DNA of 44,772 nt from Deltaproteobacteria bacterium. GTDB taxonomy: Bacteria > Myxococcota_A > UBA9160 > SMWR01. The stretch covers positions 1 through 44,772 of the forward strand of contig JAQBGU010000132.1 of the NCBI GenBank assembly GCA_032128375.1, written 5' to 3'. The number at the start of each line of letters is the position of its first letter. Within the stretch, counting starts at the first letter, position 1. The notes beneath the pieces are model-generated. The model was given only the letters and a program-made list of their open reading frames with translations, was not told where the DNA came from and searched no databases. A program made the translations under genes and the position numbers. Positions 1 through 11,484 of the stretch are shown here, piece by piece.

Positions 1-30
1 TCCCTGCTGCATGATTCGGAGGCGCCATTT

Positions 31-1221
31 ATGACCTACAGACCAGCCCGCATGAAGTTCGGCGTGTTTATGGCGCCACTGCACCACCACTTAGGCGACA
101 ACCCGACGCTGTCCTTCCAGCAGGACCTGGAGTTTATGCAGCACCTGGACAGCCTCGACTTCGACGAGGCCTGGATCGGCGAACACCACTCGGCGGGCTA
201 CGAGATCATCGCATCGCCTGAGCTGTTCATTGCAGCGGCAGCCGAGCGCACGCGCCGAATCAACTTCGGAACCGGCGTCATCTCGTTGCCCTACCACAAC
301 CCGCTGATGGTTGCGGATCGCATCATCCAGCTCGACCACATGACCCGCGGGCGGATCATGCTCGGCGTGGGCCCCGGGCTGCTGCCCTCGGACGCGTTCA
401 TGCTGGGCATCGAGGTCAACAAGCAGCGGGACATGATGATCGAGTCGCTCGAAGTCATCCTTGACCTGATGGCCGGCAAGACCGTCACGAAGAAGACCGA
501 CTGGTTCAACCTGCAAAACGCGCGCTGCCAGCTTCAGCCGTACACCAAGCCACGTCCGGAGATATGCGTCGCGAGTTCGATCACGCCTTCGGGCGGTCGC
601 GCCGCCGGCCGCTACGGGCTCGGCATGCTGTGCGTCGCGGCGACAACGATGGGAGGCTACGACGTGCTCGGCGAGAACTGGAAGACCGCGTGCGAGTTCG
701 CGGCCGAGCGGGGCGAGACGATGGATCGCACGTGTCTGCGGCTGGTCGGGCCGATGCACCTCGCGGAAACCCGCGAGAAAGCGATCGAAAACGTTCAGTT
801 CGGCCTGACCAAGTGGGTCGACTACTTCTCGACCATCAACCCGATGGCCGCCGGTGACGACATGACCGGCGACCCGATCGAGGGGATGATCAAATCCGGC
901 CGTGCAGTGATCGGCACGCCCGACGACGCGATCGAGATGATCGAACGCCTCGACGCGCAGAGTGGCGGCTTCGGTTGTTTCCTTCAACTCGCACACAACT
1001 GGGCCGACGTGCAGCAGACCAAACGCTCCTACGAGCTGTTTTCACGCTACGTCATTCCGCACTTCGAAAAAGCCAACGACAACCGTGTCGACTCGCTGCA
1101 ATGGGCGAGCGACAACGGGAAAGAGTTCATCGGTGCGGCGATGACTGCCGCCATGGCGATGTTCCAGAAGCACAACGCGGAGCAGACCGAAAAGAAGAAA
1201 GCGTCCGATTCCAAGAACTGA
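31..1221 (+). CDS. Luciferase-like (LLM class) flavin-dependent monooxygenase, limonene 1,2-monooxygenase-like
   Basis: MKFGVFMAP start, FDEAWIGEHHS, GTGVISLPYHNP and LDHMTRGR motifs typical of the LLM family; GGAGG RBS at 18-22. Confidence 0.9.
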   Translation: MTYRPARMKFGVFMAPLHHHLGDNPTLSFQQDLEFMQHLDSLDFDEAWIGEHHSAGYEIIASPELFIAAAAERTRRINFGTGVISLPYHNPLMVADRIIQLDHMTRGRIMLGVGPGLLPSDAFMLGIEVNKQRDMMIESLEVILDLMAGKTVTKKTDWFNLQNARCQLQPYTKPRPEICVASSITPSGGRAAGRYGLGMLCVAATTMGGYDVLGENWKTACEFAAERGETMDRTCLRLVGPMHLAETREKAIENVQFGLTKWVDYFSTINPMAAGDDMTGDPIEGMIKSGRAVIGTPDDAIEMIERLDAQSGGFGCFLQLAHNWADVQQTKRSYELFSRYVIPHFEKANDNRVDSLQWASDNGKEFIGAAMTAAMAMFQKHNAEQTEKKKASDSKN

Positions 1222-3404
1222 TGGGCGTTGCTCAGTGGATCGCTGCGAGCCCGAGGCGAGGTCTGATTCTGTCCCGGACGTCTCGCCTTTTCCCACGCTG
1301 CGGGTCGGCCTGGCTGGGCGCGGGCCTGCTGTGCGTTTGGCTCGCGGCGGGTCTGTGTGGAACCGCGAATGCGCGCGGCGGTGGGATCACCGGGCTGTCG
1401 CGCAGCGGTTGCGACGGCTGTCACGGCGGCGGCGCGACACCGACCGTGATGATCAGCGGGCCAGCCTCCCTCATGGGGGGCGAAACCGGGTCCTTCACAT
1501 TCAGCCTCTCGGGCGGCGCGGGCAACGTCTGCGGTCTCGACGTCTCCAGCGATATCGGCACCCTTGCGGCGATTGTCGCCGGGACACGGCTCCAGAACGG
1601 CGAGATCACCCACGACGTTCCGCGGGTATTCTCCTCTGGAACCTGCTCCTTCGACTTCGAATGGACGGCGCCGATTCTGCTAGGCAACGCGATCGCGAGG
1701 CTCGATGCGGCTGGCCTCTCCGCCGACGGCAGTGGAGGTACCAGCGGTGATCGATCCGCGCTAACGAGCGTAGACGTCTCCGTGGTCGGCAGCCGGATCC
1801 CCGACCTCATCGGCCAACGAGTCGATCTCGCCTACAACTTCGGCAACGATAGTGGGACCCTCACTGCGACCGTCGGTGCTGGAAATGAGTTCATCCTCGA
1901 AGGCGATCCCACGAACCCGGGGCTCTCCACCGGAACGATCGACATCACGCCTGACGCGCTCACGCTGACACACAATCGTGTCACCAGACTGGGGCCGGGA
2001 CTGCCCGTGATTTCAGACGACTTTCTGACCTTCACATTCCCGAATCTGCCGAGCCCGATCGAGAGCGTTATCGAGACGGCCGACCCCATGCCCGAGTGGT
2101 TCGACGGGCTGGCCTTCACGGGCAACAGCCTCACGTTGACGCAGCTACTCGACAATGCCGGCGTCAACTCCTCGCTCAAGACCTGGTCGATTGCGCTGAC
2201 CGCGATCGAGATCCGCGAAGTCGCCAGGCTGATTGCCTCGGATGGCGCCATGGGCGACGAGTTCGGCGGGTCGGTTGCTTTGGCTGGCGACGCGGCGCTC
2301 ATCGGGGCCAGGACGGACGATGACGGCGTCGACTCCGGCGCGGCCTACGTCTTCCGCTTCGACGGAACGACGTGGGTGGAGGAAGCGAAGCTCACCGCCT
2401 CGGACGCTGCCACGATCGACTTGTTCGCAGCGCAGGTCGCACTCTCCGGCGACACCGCTCTGATCGCGTCCGAGTTCGACGACGACAACGGGAACGACTC
2501 CGGATCGGCCTACATCTTCCGCTTCGATGGCACAGCGTGGTTGGAAGAGGCAAAGCTCACCGCCTCCGACGGCTCTGAGCTCGACATGTTTGGCGCCTCG
2601 GTCGCATTGGATGGCAACACAGCCGTGATCGGGGCACCCGCCGATGACGACGACGGGAGCGTCTCCGGATCCGCCTATGTCTTCCGCTACAACGGCGTGA
2701 CCTGGGTAGAGGAGACGAAGCTCCGGGCCTCGGATGCCGCGGCGGGCGATGCGTTCGGCGCCGTGGCAGTCTGGGGTGACCTGATCCTGGTCGGGGCCAG
2801 TAGCGACGACGACAACGGGAGCCGCTCCGGATCGGGCTACGTGTTCCGCTACGACGGCATGACCTGGGCAGAAGAGGCGAAGCTCACGGCCTCCGACGGC
2901 GTGGCCTTCGATTTCCTGGGCCACTCCGTGGCCCTGGATGGCGACACGGCCGTGCTCGCGGCGGCCGAAGACGACACGGGGCGCTTTGGGTCGGTTTACG
3001 TCTTCCGCAACAACGGAGCCTGGATCGAGGAGGCCAAGCTCCAAGCCTCCGATCGCGAGTCGGAGGACAACTTCGGTGGCTCCATCGCGATCGATGGCGA
3101 CACCATCTGGATCGGCGCTCCTGGCGCCGGATCGGCTTACGTGTTCTTCTACAACGGGTCGAGCTGGGTTCAGCAGGCAAAGGCCAGGGCATCCGACAGC
3201 GGGAGCTTCAACGGGTTCGGTGGCTCGGTCGCGGTCGACGGCCGCAGCAGCCTGATCGGGGCCATCGGCGCTAGCGACGCCGGCATCTCGTCTGGGGCGG
3301 CCTACGTCTGGTCCGTGCCGGAGCCCTCGGAGTTTGGACTACACCTTTGCGCCCTCGCGGTTCTTGTGGGACTGACTCGCCGAGCCCGCCGGCGGACCGG
3401 GTAA
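1221..3404 (+). CDS. Secreted PEP-CTERM surface protein: N-terminal CxxCH/Reeler-like domain plus 7 FG-GAP-type repeats
   Basis: ATG at 1221 overlaps the upstream TGA; signal-peptide-like segment; GCDGCHGG; seven AKLxASD..D.FG.SVA..GD...IGA repeats; C-terminus VPEP + hydrophobic stretch + RRARRR. Start codon uncertain. Confidence 0.85.
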   Translation: MGVAQWIAASPRRGLILSRTSRLFPRCGSAWLGAGLLCVWLAAGLCGTANARGGGITGLSRSGCDGCHGGGATPTVMISGPASLMGGETGSFTFSLSGGAGNVCGLDVSSDIGTLAAIVAGTRLQNGEITHDVPRVFSSGTCSFDFEWTAPILLGNAIARLDAAGLSADGSGGTSGDRSALTSVDVSVVGSRIPDLIGQRVDLAYNFGNDSGTLTATVGAGNEFILEGDPTNPGLSTGTIDITPDALTLTHNRVTRLGPGLPVISDDFLTFTFPNLPSPIESVIETADPMPEWFDGLAFTGNSLTLTQLLDNAGVNSSLKTWSIALTAIEIREVARLIASDGAMGDEFGGSVALAGDAALIGARTDDDGVDSGAAYVFRFDGTTWVEEAKLTASDAATIDLFAAQVALSGDTALIASEFDDDNGNDSGSAYIFRFDGTAWLEEAKLTASDGSELDMFGASVALDGNTAVIGAPADDDDGSVSGSAYVFRYNGVTWVEETKLRASDAAAGDAFGAVAVWGDLILVGASSDDDNGSRSGSGYVFRYDGMTWAEEAKLTASDGVAFDFLGHSVALDGDTAVLAAAEDDTGRFGSVYVFRNNGAWIEEAKLQASDRESEDNFGGSIAIDGDTIWIGAPGAGSAYVFFYNGSSWVQQAKARASDSGSFNGFGGSVAVDGRSSLIGAIGASDAGISSGAAYVWSVPEPSEFGLHLCALAVLVGLTRRARRRTG

Positions 3405-3458
3405 GTCTCTCGACGCAACGCCCACCCTTCCAGTCTCACAGGCCGCACCACGCGGCTG

Positions 3459-4259
3459 TCAGCCGATCTTCGCGCTCTGCCCCCCATCCACAGGCAGCAT
3501 CACAGCGGTGATGAACTTTGCTTCGTCCGACGCCAGAAACAGCGCCGCGTAGGCGACGTCCCATGCGGTACCCATTTTCTGGCCGAGCGGTACTGCACCG
3601 TCGCGCACACTGATCAGGTCTGATTTCGAAATCCCGACCGCCGCGGAGATCCCCTCGATCGCCATCGGCGTGTTCATCAAGCCGGGCATGATTGCGTTGG
3701 CGCGTATGCCGTACTTCGCGTTCGCCATGGCGATCTGATGTGTCAACGCATTCAAACCGGCTTTCGAAGTCTTGTACGCGAGAATGTTCGTCGAGCAGAT
3801 TGCAGCCACGCTCGAAATATTCGTGATACAGCCGCTTTGCTGCTCGCGCATCACCGGCAACACGTGCTTGCAGGTCAGGAACGCACTTTTCAAATTGACG
3901 TCCATGATCAGGTCCCACGCCTCTTCCGTGAGGCGCGCCGCGTTGCCGTCGCCGGTTCCGATCCCAACATTGTTGTGCAGGATGTCGATGCGTCCGAAGG
4001 CGTCGACGCACGCGGCTGACAGCGCGCGGCACTCGTGTTCGTTCGTGACGTCGGCTTGGAAAACCTCGCACCGCCTACCACCCCCTTCGCTCTCGATCTG
4101 TGCTGAGGTCTCGCGCGCCGCATCCTCGCTGCGATCCACCAGCAGCACGCGCGCTCCTTCGCGCGCGAATAGCACCGCGGTGGCGCGTCCATTGCCGATC
4201 GTGTCGCCCGGCGTCTGGCCGGCGCCGACGACGATCGCAACCTTGTCTGCAAGTCTCAT
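3459..4259 (-). CDS. Short-chain dehydrogenase/reductase (SDR)
   Basis: KVAIVVGAG...GNGRA, NNVG, YKTSK (YxxxK), C-terminal VDGG. Confidence 0.92.
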   Translation of the reverse strand: MRLADKVAIVVGAGQTPGDTIGNGRATAVLFAREGARVLLVDRSEDAARETSAQIESEGGGRRCEVFQADVTNEHECRALSAACVDAFGRIDILHNNVGIGTGDGNAARLTEEAWDLIMDVNLKSAFLTCKHVLPVMREQQSGCITNISSVAAICSTNILAYKTSKAGLNALTHQIAMANAKYGIRANAIMPGLMNTPMAIEGISAAVGISKSDLISVRDGAVPLGQKMGTAWDVAYAALFLASDEAKFITAVMLPVDGGQSAKIG

Positions 4260-4825
4260 GACGTCGCACTCTGCGGAAACGGCGTGTCACCGTTCTCGTT
4301 CTGAACGCCGAGTGAGTTCAGCGCCATCGACACGGTGTGGTACTGGCCTACGGTAAAGATGAAATCCATCACCTGTTCGGTGCTGTAGCGCTCGGTCAGC
4401 GCCTTCCAGCTCGCGTCGCTGATCATGGCATCATCGTGCAATTCGTCGGTTGCGCGCAGCAGCGCGGCGTCGAACTCGCTCCAGCCAGCGGCGTCGGGTC
4501 CCTCGCCGATCCACTGGATTTCGTCGTCCGTCAGGCCGGTGGCCTTGCCGATGCGGACGTGTTGGGTCCATTCGTAGATCGAACGGCAGCGGTAACCTAC
4601 GCGCAGGATCGCGATCTCTCGCTCGCGCGGATCGAGTGTGGACTTGGCAAGAATATGGTTTCCGAACACCAGCCAGCGTTTCATCAGCTTCGGATGACGG
4701 GCCAGCGTGCGAAAGATGTTGCCCACCTCTCCCTGGCGATCGCGCATTGCCTCGAGCTGGGTCCTGGCCTCTTCGTCGAGATCGGAGTCCTCGAGGGGGG
4801 TGATGCGGGGTTCTGAGAGTCTCAT
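4256..4825 (-). CDS. Carboxymuconolactone decarboxylase / AhpD-like family protein
   Basis: LDPREREIAILRVG..CRSIYEWTQH motif; 4-nt overlap with the SDR gene; GGAG RBS. Confidence 0.85.
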   Translation of the reverse strand: MRLSEPRITPLEDSDLDEEARTQLEAMRDRQGEVGNIFRTLARHPKLMKRWLVFGNHILAKSTLDPREREIAILRVGYRCRSIYEWTQHVRIGKATGLTDDEIQWIGEGPDAAGWSEFDAALLRATDELHDDAMISDASWKALTERYSTEQVMDFIFTVGQYHTVSMALNSLGVQNENGDTPFPQSATS

Positions 4826-4841
4826 GGGGGAGAACTCCTTT

Positions 4842-4902
4842 GGGTCAAAATTCGGGGGCGAAGTTCGGAAGTCTCGGAGTCAAAGTCCGGGAGCAAAGTC
4901 CG
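4842..4902. repeat. Degenerate ~13-bp tandem repeat (GGGAGCAAAGTCC-like) in a divergent intergenic region
   Basis: gggtcaaaattc / gggggcgaagttc / ggagtcaaagtcc / gggagcaaagtcc. Confidence 0.45.
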
Positions 4903-5076
4903 AGATCCTGTTTCGGTACGGGCAGTCGGCAGCATTCTAAGCCGCCAGGAGACCTCCCCGACAGGAATTCGGGTGAGAAAAACGCCCCGGCTCGTAGTAT
5001 TCTACGGGTCTCACGAATCTGTCCAACCTCGATCCTTCACCCTGTTTCAACTCACACAACCCCAGGAGGTACGACC

Positions 5077-5649
5077 GTGTCCGAATCTGCCCTCAAGCGA
5101 ATCGAAGCGGCCATCGCCAAGCTCGCTGACCAGCAGCTCGAAATTTGCGCGCAGGTCGCCAAGCTCGAATCCCGCATCGCCGGCGGTTCGGCGGCGGCCA
5201 GCACCGAAGAGACTATCAAGTTTCTCGACCAGTTCCGCGCCGGCGAGGCACTCGGCGAAGCTTCGTTGGGCGCATGGTGCGAAGTCAGCACGACGCCGTG
5301 TCTGAAGGGCGGCCTGCGGACGATCCAGACACGCGAAGGCAGTCATGCACGGCTGCTCGAGCAGCGGATCAAGGAACTCGGCGGTTCACCTTCGTTCGAG
5401 CTTCCGGATGCCATCTACAACGCCGCAATGGAAGGAGCAGCGGACACGAGCAAGACCGACGCCGAGAAGGTGCTGGGGTTCGTGTCGCAGTTCCCAGATT
5501 GCGATGCAGCCCTTCAGCCGATTCACGCCATGGCGGACCGGCTCGATCACGACCAGGAAACCCAATCGCTGCTGCGAACGATCGTCCAGGACGAACGATC
5601 GACACTCGAATGGCTCAACGAGGCCTGCGCATTGCTGAACCCGAGCTAG
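5077..5649 (+). CDS. Ferritin-like four-helix-bundle protein with N-terminal coiled coil
   Basis: AGGAGG RBS before GTG 5077; E..GE, REGSH (ExxH), RIKELGG and QDERST ferritin-like pattern. Confidence 0.65.
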   Translation: MSESALKRIEAAIAKLADQQLEICAQVAKLESRIAGGSAAASTEETIKFLDQFRAGEALGEASLGAWCEVSTTPCLKGGLRTIQTREGSHARLLEQRIKELGGSPSFELPDAIYNAAMEGAADTSKTDAEKVLGFVSQFPDCDAALQPIHAMADRLDHDQETQSLLRTIVQDERSTLEWLNEACALLNPS

Positions 5650-5681
5650 TTCCTCTCAACTCGGTCGTTGCTGAGCCAGAA

Positions 5682-6443
5682 ATGCGTTCTTCTCGGTTGC
5701 CCGAGCGGGGTATCGGCGCGCACCGGGGTGGCGCAGCGACGCATCCAGAGAATACGCTCGCGGCGTTTCGCAACGCGGTCGCGCTCGGCGCACACCAGAT
5801 CGAATTCGATGTGCGCCGGAGCGCGGATGGCGAAATCGTCGTAATCCACGATGCGAGGCTCGACCGGACCACAAACGGACGCGGCAAAGTGTCTCGCACC
5901 AACTTCGCGCAGCTGCGTGAGCTCGACTTCGGTCAATGGAAGTCCGACCGTTTCACCGGAGAGCGCATCGCAACGCTGGCCGAAACACTGGATGCTTTGC
6001 CGCGCGACGTCTGGATCAACCTTCAGATCAAAAAGGACGAACCGGTCGCCGATGACGTGGCCCGGTTGGTTACCGAACGCGGGCGACTCGATCAGGTGGT
6101 CGTCGCATGCGGCAATGCGGCTGCGCAGACCGCCCGCGCTCGCGCGCCGAAAATCATGATCTGCAATCTGGTGAGGCAGACCAGTCGCGATGCCTACGTC
6201 GAGCACGCCATAGCGTTGGGCAGCGACTTCGTGCAGTTTCACCACATCCGTGGCGCGCCGGAGCCCGGACTCATCGATCGCGCCAAGCGGGCTGGCCTGC
6301 GGGTCAACTACTTCTGCGACCCGGGCGGCTGCGAACTGGCGCCGCTGTTCGAAGCGGGTGTCGACTTCGCGCTGGTCGACGATGTCGCCGCCGCGCTCGA
6401 CGAGGTGCGTGCACTCGGAATCGAGCCCATCGAGCGCGCTTGA
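5682..6443 (+). CDS. Glycerophosphodiester phosphodiesterase family protein
   Basis: AHRGG, PENTLAAF, IEFDV and VIHD motifs. Confidence 0.9.
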   Translation: MRSSRLPERGIGAHRGGAATHPENTLAAFRNAVALGAHQIEFDVRRSADGEIVVIHDARLDRTTNGRGKVSRTNFAQLRELDFGQWKSDRFTGERIATLAETLDALPRDVWINLQIKKDEPVADDVARLVTERGRLDQVVVACGNAAAQTARARAPKIMICNLVRQTSRDAYVEHAIALGSDFVQFHHIRGAPEPGLIDRAKRAGLRVNYFCDPGGCELAPLFEAGVDFALVDDVAAALDEVRALGIEPIERA

Positions 6444-6594
6444 AGGCCGTCACCCGCCTCGCAGGCGTCCAGACGTTCGAGTAGGCTGCTCGAGCGGGAA
6501 GCTCGCCGCGCAAGGCGCGGCTCCAAACTTCGCTCTACGAATCGACAAAACTCTCGACGGACCGCCGAAACGAATCTTCAGCGAGGAGCCGGGC

Positions 6595-7479
6595 ATGGCG
6601 CAGATTCAGGCTAACGGGATAGCGATCGAAGTCGAGCGAAAGGGCAAGGCGAGCGCGCCTGCGATCGTGTTGATACGAGGCCTCGGCACCCAGCTGATTC
6701 AATGGCCAGAGAAATTCGTGCAGAAGCTGGTCGATCGGGGCTTCCAATTGGTGATGTTCGACAACCGCGATGCCGGCTTGTCTGAGAAGTTCGAGTCGGC
6801 CGGAACGCCAGACCTCGCAGCGCTGATGACCGGTCGTGCGCAACCCGCGTACCAGCTCACCGACATGGCCGAGGACGTCTGCGGCGTTCTCGACGCACTC
6901 GAAATCGAGAGCGCGCATATCGTGGGGATGTCGATGGGCGGAATGATCGCGCAGCTGGTGGCGATCATGAGACCCGAAAGGACGCGAAGTCTGGTATCGA
7001 TCATGTCTTCGTCAGGTCGGCCCGATTTGCCGCCGCCGAGCCCGGAAGCCGCTGCGGTATTGACGTCTCGGCCCGATCAGCCGGACGACCGCGATTCGAT
7101 CATCGAGCATGGCATGAAGACCCGTCGCGTGATCGGGAGCCCGGGCTTCCCGACAGACGACACCGAATTGAGAAGACAGGTCGAGGCTGCGTACGATCGC
7201 TCCTACTACCCGCAGGGCGTCAGCCGACAACTCGCTGCGATCGTCAAGGGTGGCAGCCGGGTCGAACAGCTCAAGACCATCAGCGTGCCGACACTGGTGA
7301 TTCACGGCGCAGACGATCCGCTCGTGCCGATCGAAGGCGGCCGCGATACCGCGAGGAACATTCCGGGAGCGCTGCTCGAGATCATCGAGGGAATGGGCCA
7401 CGAACTCTCGCCCGGCTTGGAATATCGCCTGGCGGACCTGATCGCCGACTGCGCGTCGAAGGCCGACTCCGCGCGTTGA
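6595..7479 (+). CDS. Alpha/beta-fold hydrolase
   Basis: GAGGAG RBS; FDNRDAG, GMSMGG nucleophile elbow, HGADDPL and MGH catalytic motifs. Confidence 0.92.
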   Translation: MAQIQANGIAIEVERKGKASAPAIVLIRGLGTQLIQWPEKFVQKLVDRGFQLVMFDNRDAGLSEKFESAGTPDLAALMTGRAQPAYQLTDMAEDVCGVLDALEIESAHIVGMSMGGMIAQLVAIMRPERTRSLVSIMSSSGRPDLPPPSPEAAAVLTSRPDQPDDRDSIIEHGMKTRRVIGSPGFPTDDTELRRQVEAAYDRSYYPQGVSRQLAAIVKGGSRVEQLKTISVPTLVIHGADDPLVPIEGGRDTARNIPGALLEIIEGMGHELSPGLEYRLADLIADCASKADSAR

Positions 7480-7512
7480 TGTACGTGTATATGTTCGCCT
7501 ACAGGGCTTTGC

Positions 7513-7590
7513 GAAGTGATTTGCTGTGGTGGCCCAAGTGACTTGCTGTGGCCGAAGTGACTTGCTGTGGCCCAAATGACTTTCTGTGGC
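7513..7590. repeat. Four ~19-bp tandem repeats (AAGTGACTTGCTGTGGCCC) upstream of gdhA
   Basis: gaagtgatttgctgtggtggccc / aagtgacttgctgtggccg / aagtgacttgctgtggccc / aaatgactttctgtggc; no spacers. Confidence 0.85.
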
Positions 7591-7752
7591 AATGTCACCT
7601 CGACAAATGATCGCTACCGCGATTGGAGCGCGAAGCCAGAGAATTTTCACAGTCCGCTTCCTTGACCTGCTACAAGACTCGTGGCCGACCGGGCCGGACC
7701 CGTCGTCGCCAATGGCCAATGACAGACGCATTTCATCCCCAAGGAGGGTTTC

Positions 7753-9102
<1,350 letters not shown>

Positions 9103-9123
9103 ATCTTCGCGATCGGAGCGGAC

Positions 9124-10350
9124 ATGAATGAAACCACCATGCCCGCACCACTCGAGGGTATCAGCGTCGTCGAAATCGCGACCTACGTCGCCGGGCCTGC
9201 AGCGGGCGCGTTGTTGGCAGACCTGGGTGCCGACGTCATCAAAGTCGAAATCCCGGGCGGCGAAGTCGTCCGCAACACACGGCCCCGGATCAACGGCTTC
9301 CAGTCGCGAATGGAGGGCTCGCCGCAATTCGAAATGGACAATCGCGGCAAACGCTCGATTGCGCTCGACCTGCGGCGTCCAGAGACACAGGAGGCGCTGC
9401 GCCGCATCATCGATTCCGCCGACGTCGTGCTCACCAACATGCTCCCGGCACGCCGCCAGAAATACGGAATCGATTCCAGGACCTTGATGGCGCGCAATCC
9501 GCGGCTGATCCACGCGGCGATCTCCGGATACGGCGGCAAGGGCGCGGAAGCCAACGCGCCTGCGTTCGACTACGCGGCCTTCTGGGCGCGCACCGGGATG
9601 ATGGACATCACGCGCGACCCGGCCGCAACACCCGGGCTGCAGCGGCCGGGCGTTGGCGATCACAGTGCATCGTTGTCGCTGGTCTGCGGAATTCTCGCCG
9701 CGTTGCGGGTGCGCGACCGCAGCGGCCGTGGCCAGGAGATCGATGTCTCGCTGTTGCAAACTGGCCTGTACCTGCTCGGAAACGATCTGTCCCAGGTGTT
9801 GGCGACCCGCGAGCCGGCACCGATGCACGATCGCGGGCACCCGCGCAACCCGCTGTGGAACCACTACCGCACCAGCGACGATCGCTGGCTGATGCTGGTG
9901 ATGATCGAGTCACATCGTTACTGGGAAGCCTTTCTCGAAGCAATTGAGCGTCGCGAACTCGCGGACGATCCACGCTTCGCCGGGCCGGTCGAGCGATTCC
10001 GAAATTCGCCAGACTTGGTGGCGGAGCTCGATGCTGTGTTCTCACAGCAAAGCCTGGAGCAGTGGTCGATGACGCTGTCGGCCCATCACCTGATCTGGTC
10101 ACCCGTCCGCAAGATGCTCGAAACACTGGATGACCCGCAGGTCCGAGCGATGAATTACTTCCGCAGCCTCGACCACCCCGTGATGGGCCAGATCGAGACG
10201 ATGGGTCCGCCGTTATTGATGTCCGAGCACGACATGCCGGCCAACCGCCCTGCCCCGGCACTCGGCGCCGACTCGATCGAGATTCTGCGAACAGCCGGCC
10301 TGACGGATGCGGAAATCGAAGAGACACTCGGACCCGTCGGCGACGCATAG
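9124..10350 (+). CDS. CaiB/BaiF (family III) CoA-transferase
   Basis: PLEGISVVE, AGP, LADLGADVIKVE, NRGKRSIALDL, PAFD and APALG motifs. Confidence 0.92.
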   Translation: MNETTMPAPLEGISVVEIATYVAGPAAGALLADLGADVIKVEIPGGEVVRNTRPRINGFQSRMEGSPQFEMDNRGKRSIALDLRRPETQEALRRIIDSADVVLTNMLPARRQKYGIDSRTLMARNPRLIHAAISGYGGKGAEANAPAFDYAAFWARTGMMDITRDPAATPGLQRPGVGDHSASLSLVCGILAALRVRDRSGRGQEIDVSLLQTGLYLLGNDLSQVLATREPAPMHDRGHPRNPLWNHYRTSDDRWLMLVMIESHRYWEAFLEAIERRELADDPRFAGPVERFRNSPDLVAELDAVFSQQSLEQWSMTLSAHHLIWSPVRKMLETLDDPQVRAMNYFRSLDHPVMGQIETMGPPLLMSEHDMPANRPAPALGADSIEILRTAGLTDAEIEETLGPVGDA

Positions 10351-10412
10351 CCCAGACTCTTCATGAAGAGCGGGGTCCGCGCCGGGCGCGAGCATCGCAG
10401 ATCTAAAGAGCA

Positions 10413-11402
10413 TCAGGTACGACGAGACGGAAGCCCTGCGGCTCGATACACCGCATCGATTGTGCGCATGTTGTCGATCGCGTCCTGCCCACCCGTCGGA
10501 AGTGGCTTCCCGTCGAGCACGGCGGCAGCAAACGCGACCATCTGGTAGTCGAATGTCGAGCCCTCGGCGTCGACCTTTTCGTCGAACTCACCGTCGGCGT
10601 TGTGCCATTTCAGCTCGTAGCCGAGACCTGGCGCGATCAAGTTCGTGACGTGGAGCGCGCCTTGTGAACCTCGGATGTCGAGATAGACCGCGAAGCCTGC
10701 TTCTTTCGTCATCGAGCAATCCATTCTGGCGCTGATGCCCGCCGGAAAGCGCAGTTGGGCGCTCATGATTTCGTCCACCCCGGCCGGCCGTTCGCTGGCC
10801 CTTGCGCTGACGACTTCGGGTTCCATTCCGGTCAGCGTCCGCATCCAGTGGATCGGATAGCAACCCAAGTCCATCGTCGCGCCACCGCCGAGCGCGAGGT
10901 TGTAGCGAATGTCTTCGGTGTCGCCGATCGGCGCGTAGAAGCGTCCCTCGAGGTTTTCGAGCTTCCCGATCGCACCGGACGCGCAAATTTCGCGCACCCG
11001 CAGAGATAGTGGGTGGTACGCGTAGTGGAAGGCTTCGCAGAGCACGAGTCCGCGTTCGGTCGCGAGCGCGACCATTTCCTCGGCTTCCTCAGCGCTCGTG
11101 GTGAATGGCTTCTCGCACAGGACGTGTTTGCCCGCGCGCAAGGCTTCGAGCGTCCAGTGGGCATGAAGACTGGCGGGCAGTCCGATGTAGACGGCGTTGA
11201 TTCCCTCTAACCTGACCAACTCGTCGTAGCTGTCTGTCGAATGCGCGATCGCGTGCTTGTTCGCGAAGCGCGCTGCGCGCTGTGCGTCGCGTGCGGCAAT
11301 CGCGATCACGCCGCAGCGGTTTGTCTTGCTCGCCGGGCCGACTAACGCTGCCGGCGCGATCCGCGCCGCTCCCAGTAGTCCGAATCGAATGGAATTTGCC
11401 AC
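10413..11402 (-). CDS. Gfo/Idh/MocA family oxidoreductase
   Basis: RFGLLGAARIA, GKHVLCEKP, GGATMDLGCY; GTG start at 11402 inferred. Confidence 0.9.
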   Translation of the reverse strand: MANSIRFGLLGAARIAPAALVGPASKTNRCGVIAIAARDAQRAARFANKHAIAHSTDSYDELVRLEGINAVYIGLPASLHAHWTLEALRAGKHVLCEKPFTTSAEEAEEMVALATERGLVLCEAFHYAYHPLSLRVREICASGAIGKLENLEGRFYAPIGDTEDIRYNLALGGGATMDLGCYPIHWMRTLTGMEPEVVSARASERPAGVDEIMSAQLRFPAGISARMDCSMTKEAGFAVYLDIRGSQGALHVTNLIAPGLGYELKWHNADGEFDEKVDAEGSTFDYQMVAFAAAVLDGKPLPTGGQDAIDNMRTIDAVYRAAGLPSRRT

Positions 11403-11484
11403 GACGCCCCTGGCTCGCCCAAAGCTGGCTCGAGCTCGTGAGCGCCCACGACTCAAACGCGATGGAAGCCGGCTCAAATTGCAG

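Noticed and set aside
5145..5681. Long N-terminal extension of the GDPD ORF (similarly 975-1220, 6250-6594, 13891-14097, 37093-37698)
   Set aside because: These extensions overlap neighbouring genes or are low-complexity; downstream starts fit family boundaries or RBSs better
7513..7590. Possible CRISPR array (also considered for 14963, 16671 and 32923)
   Set aside because: Units are adjacent with no unique spacers, are shorter than CRISPR repeats, and no cas genes are present
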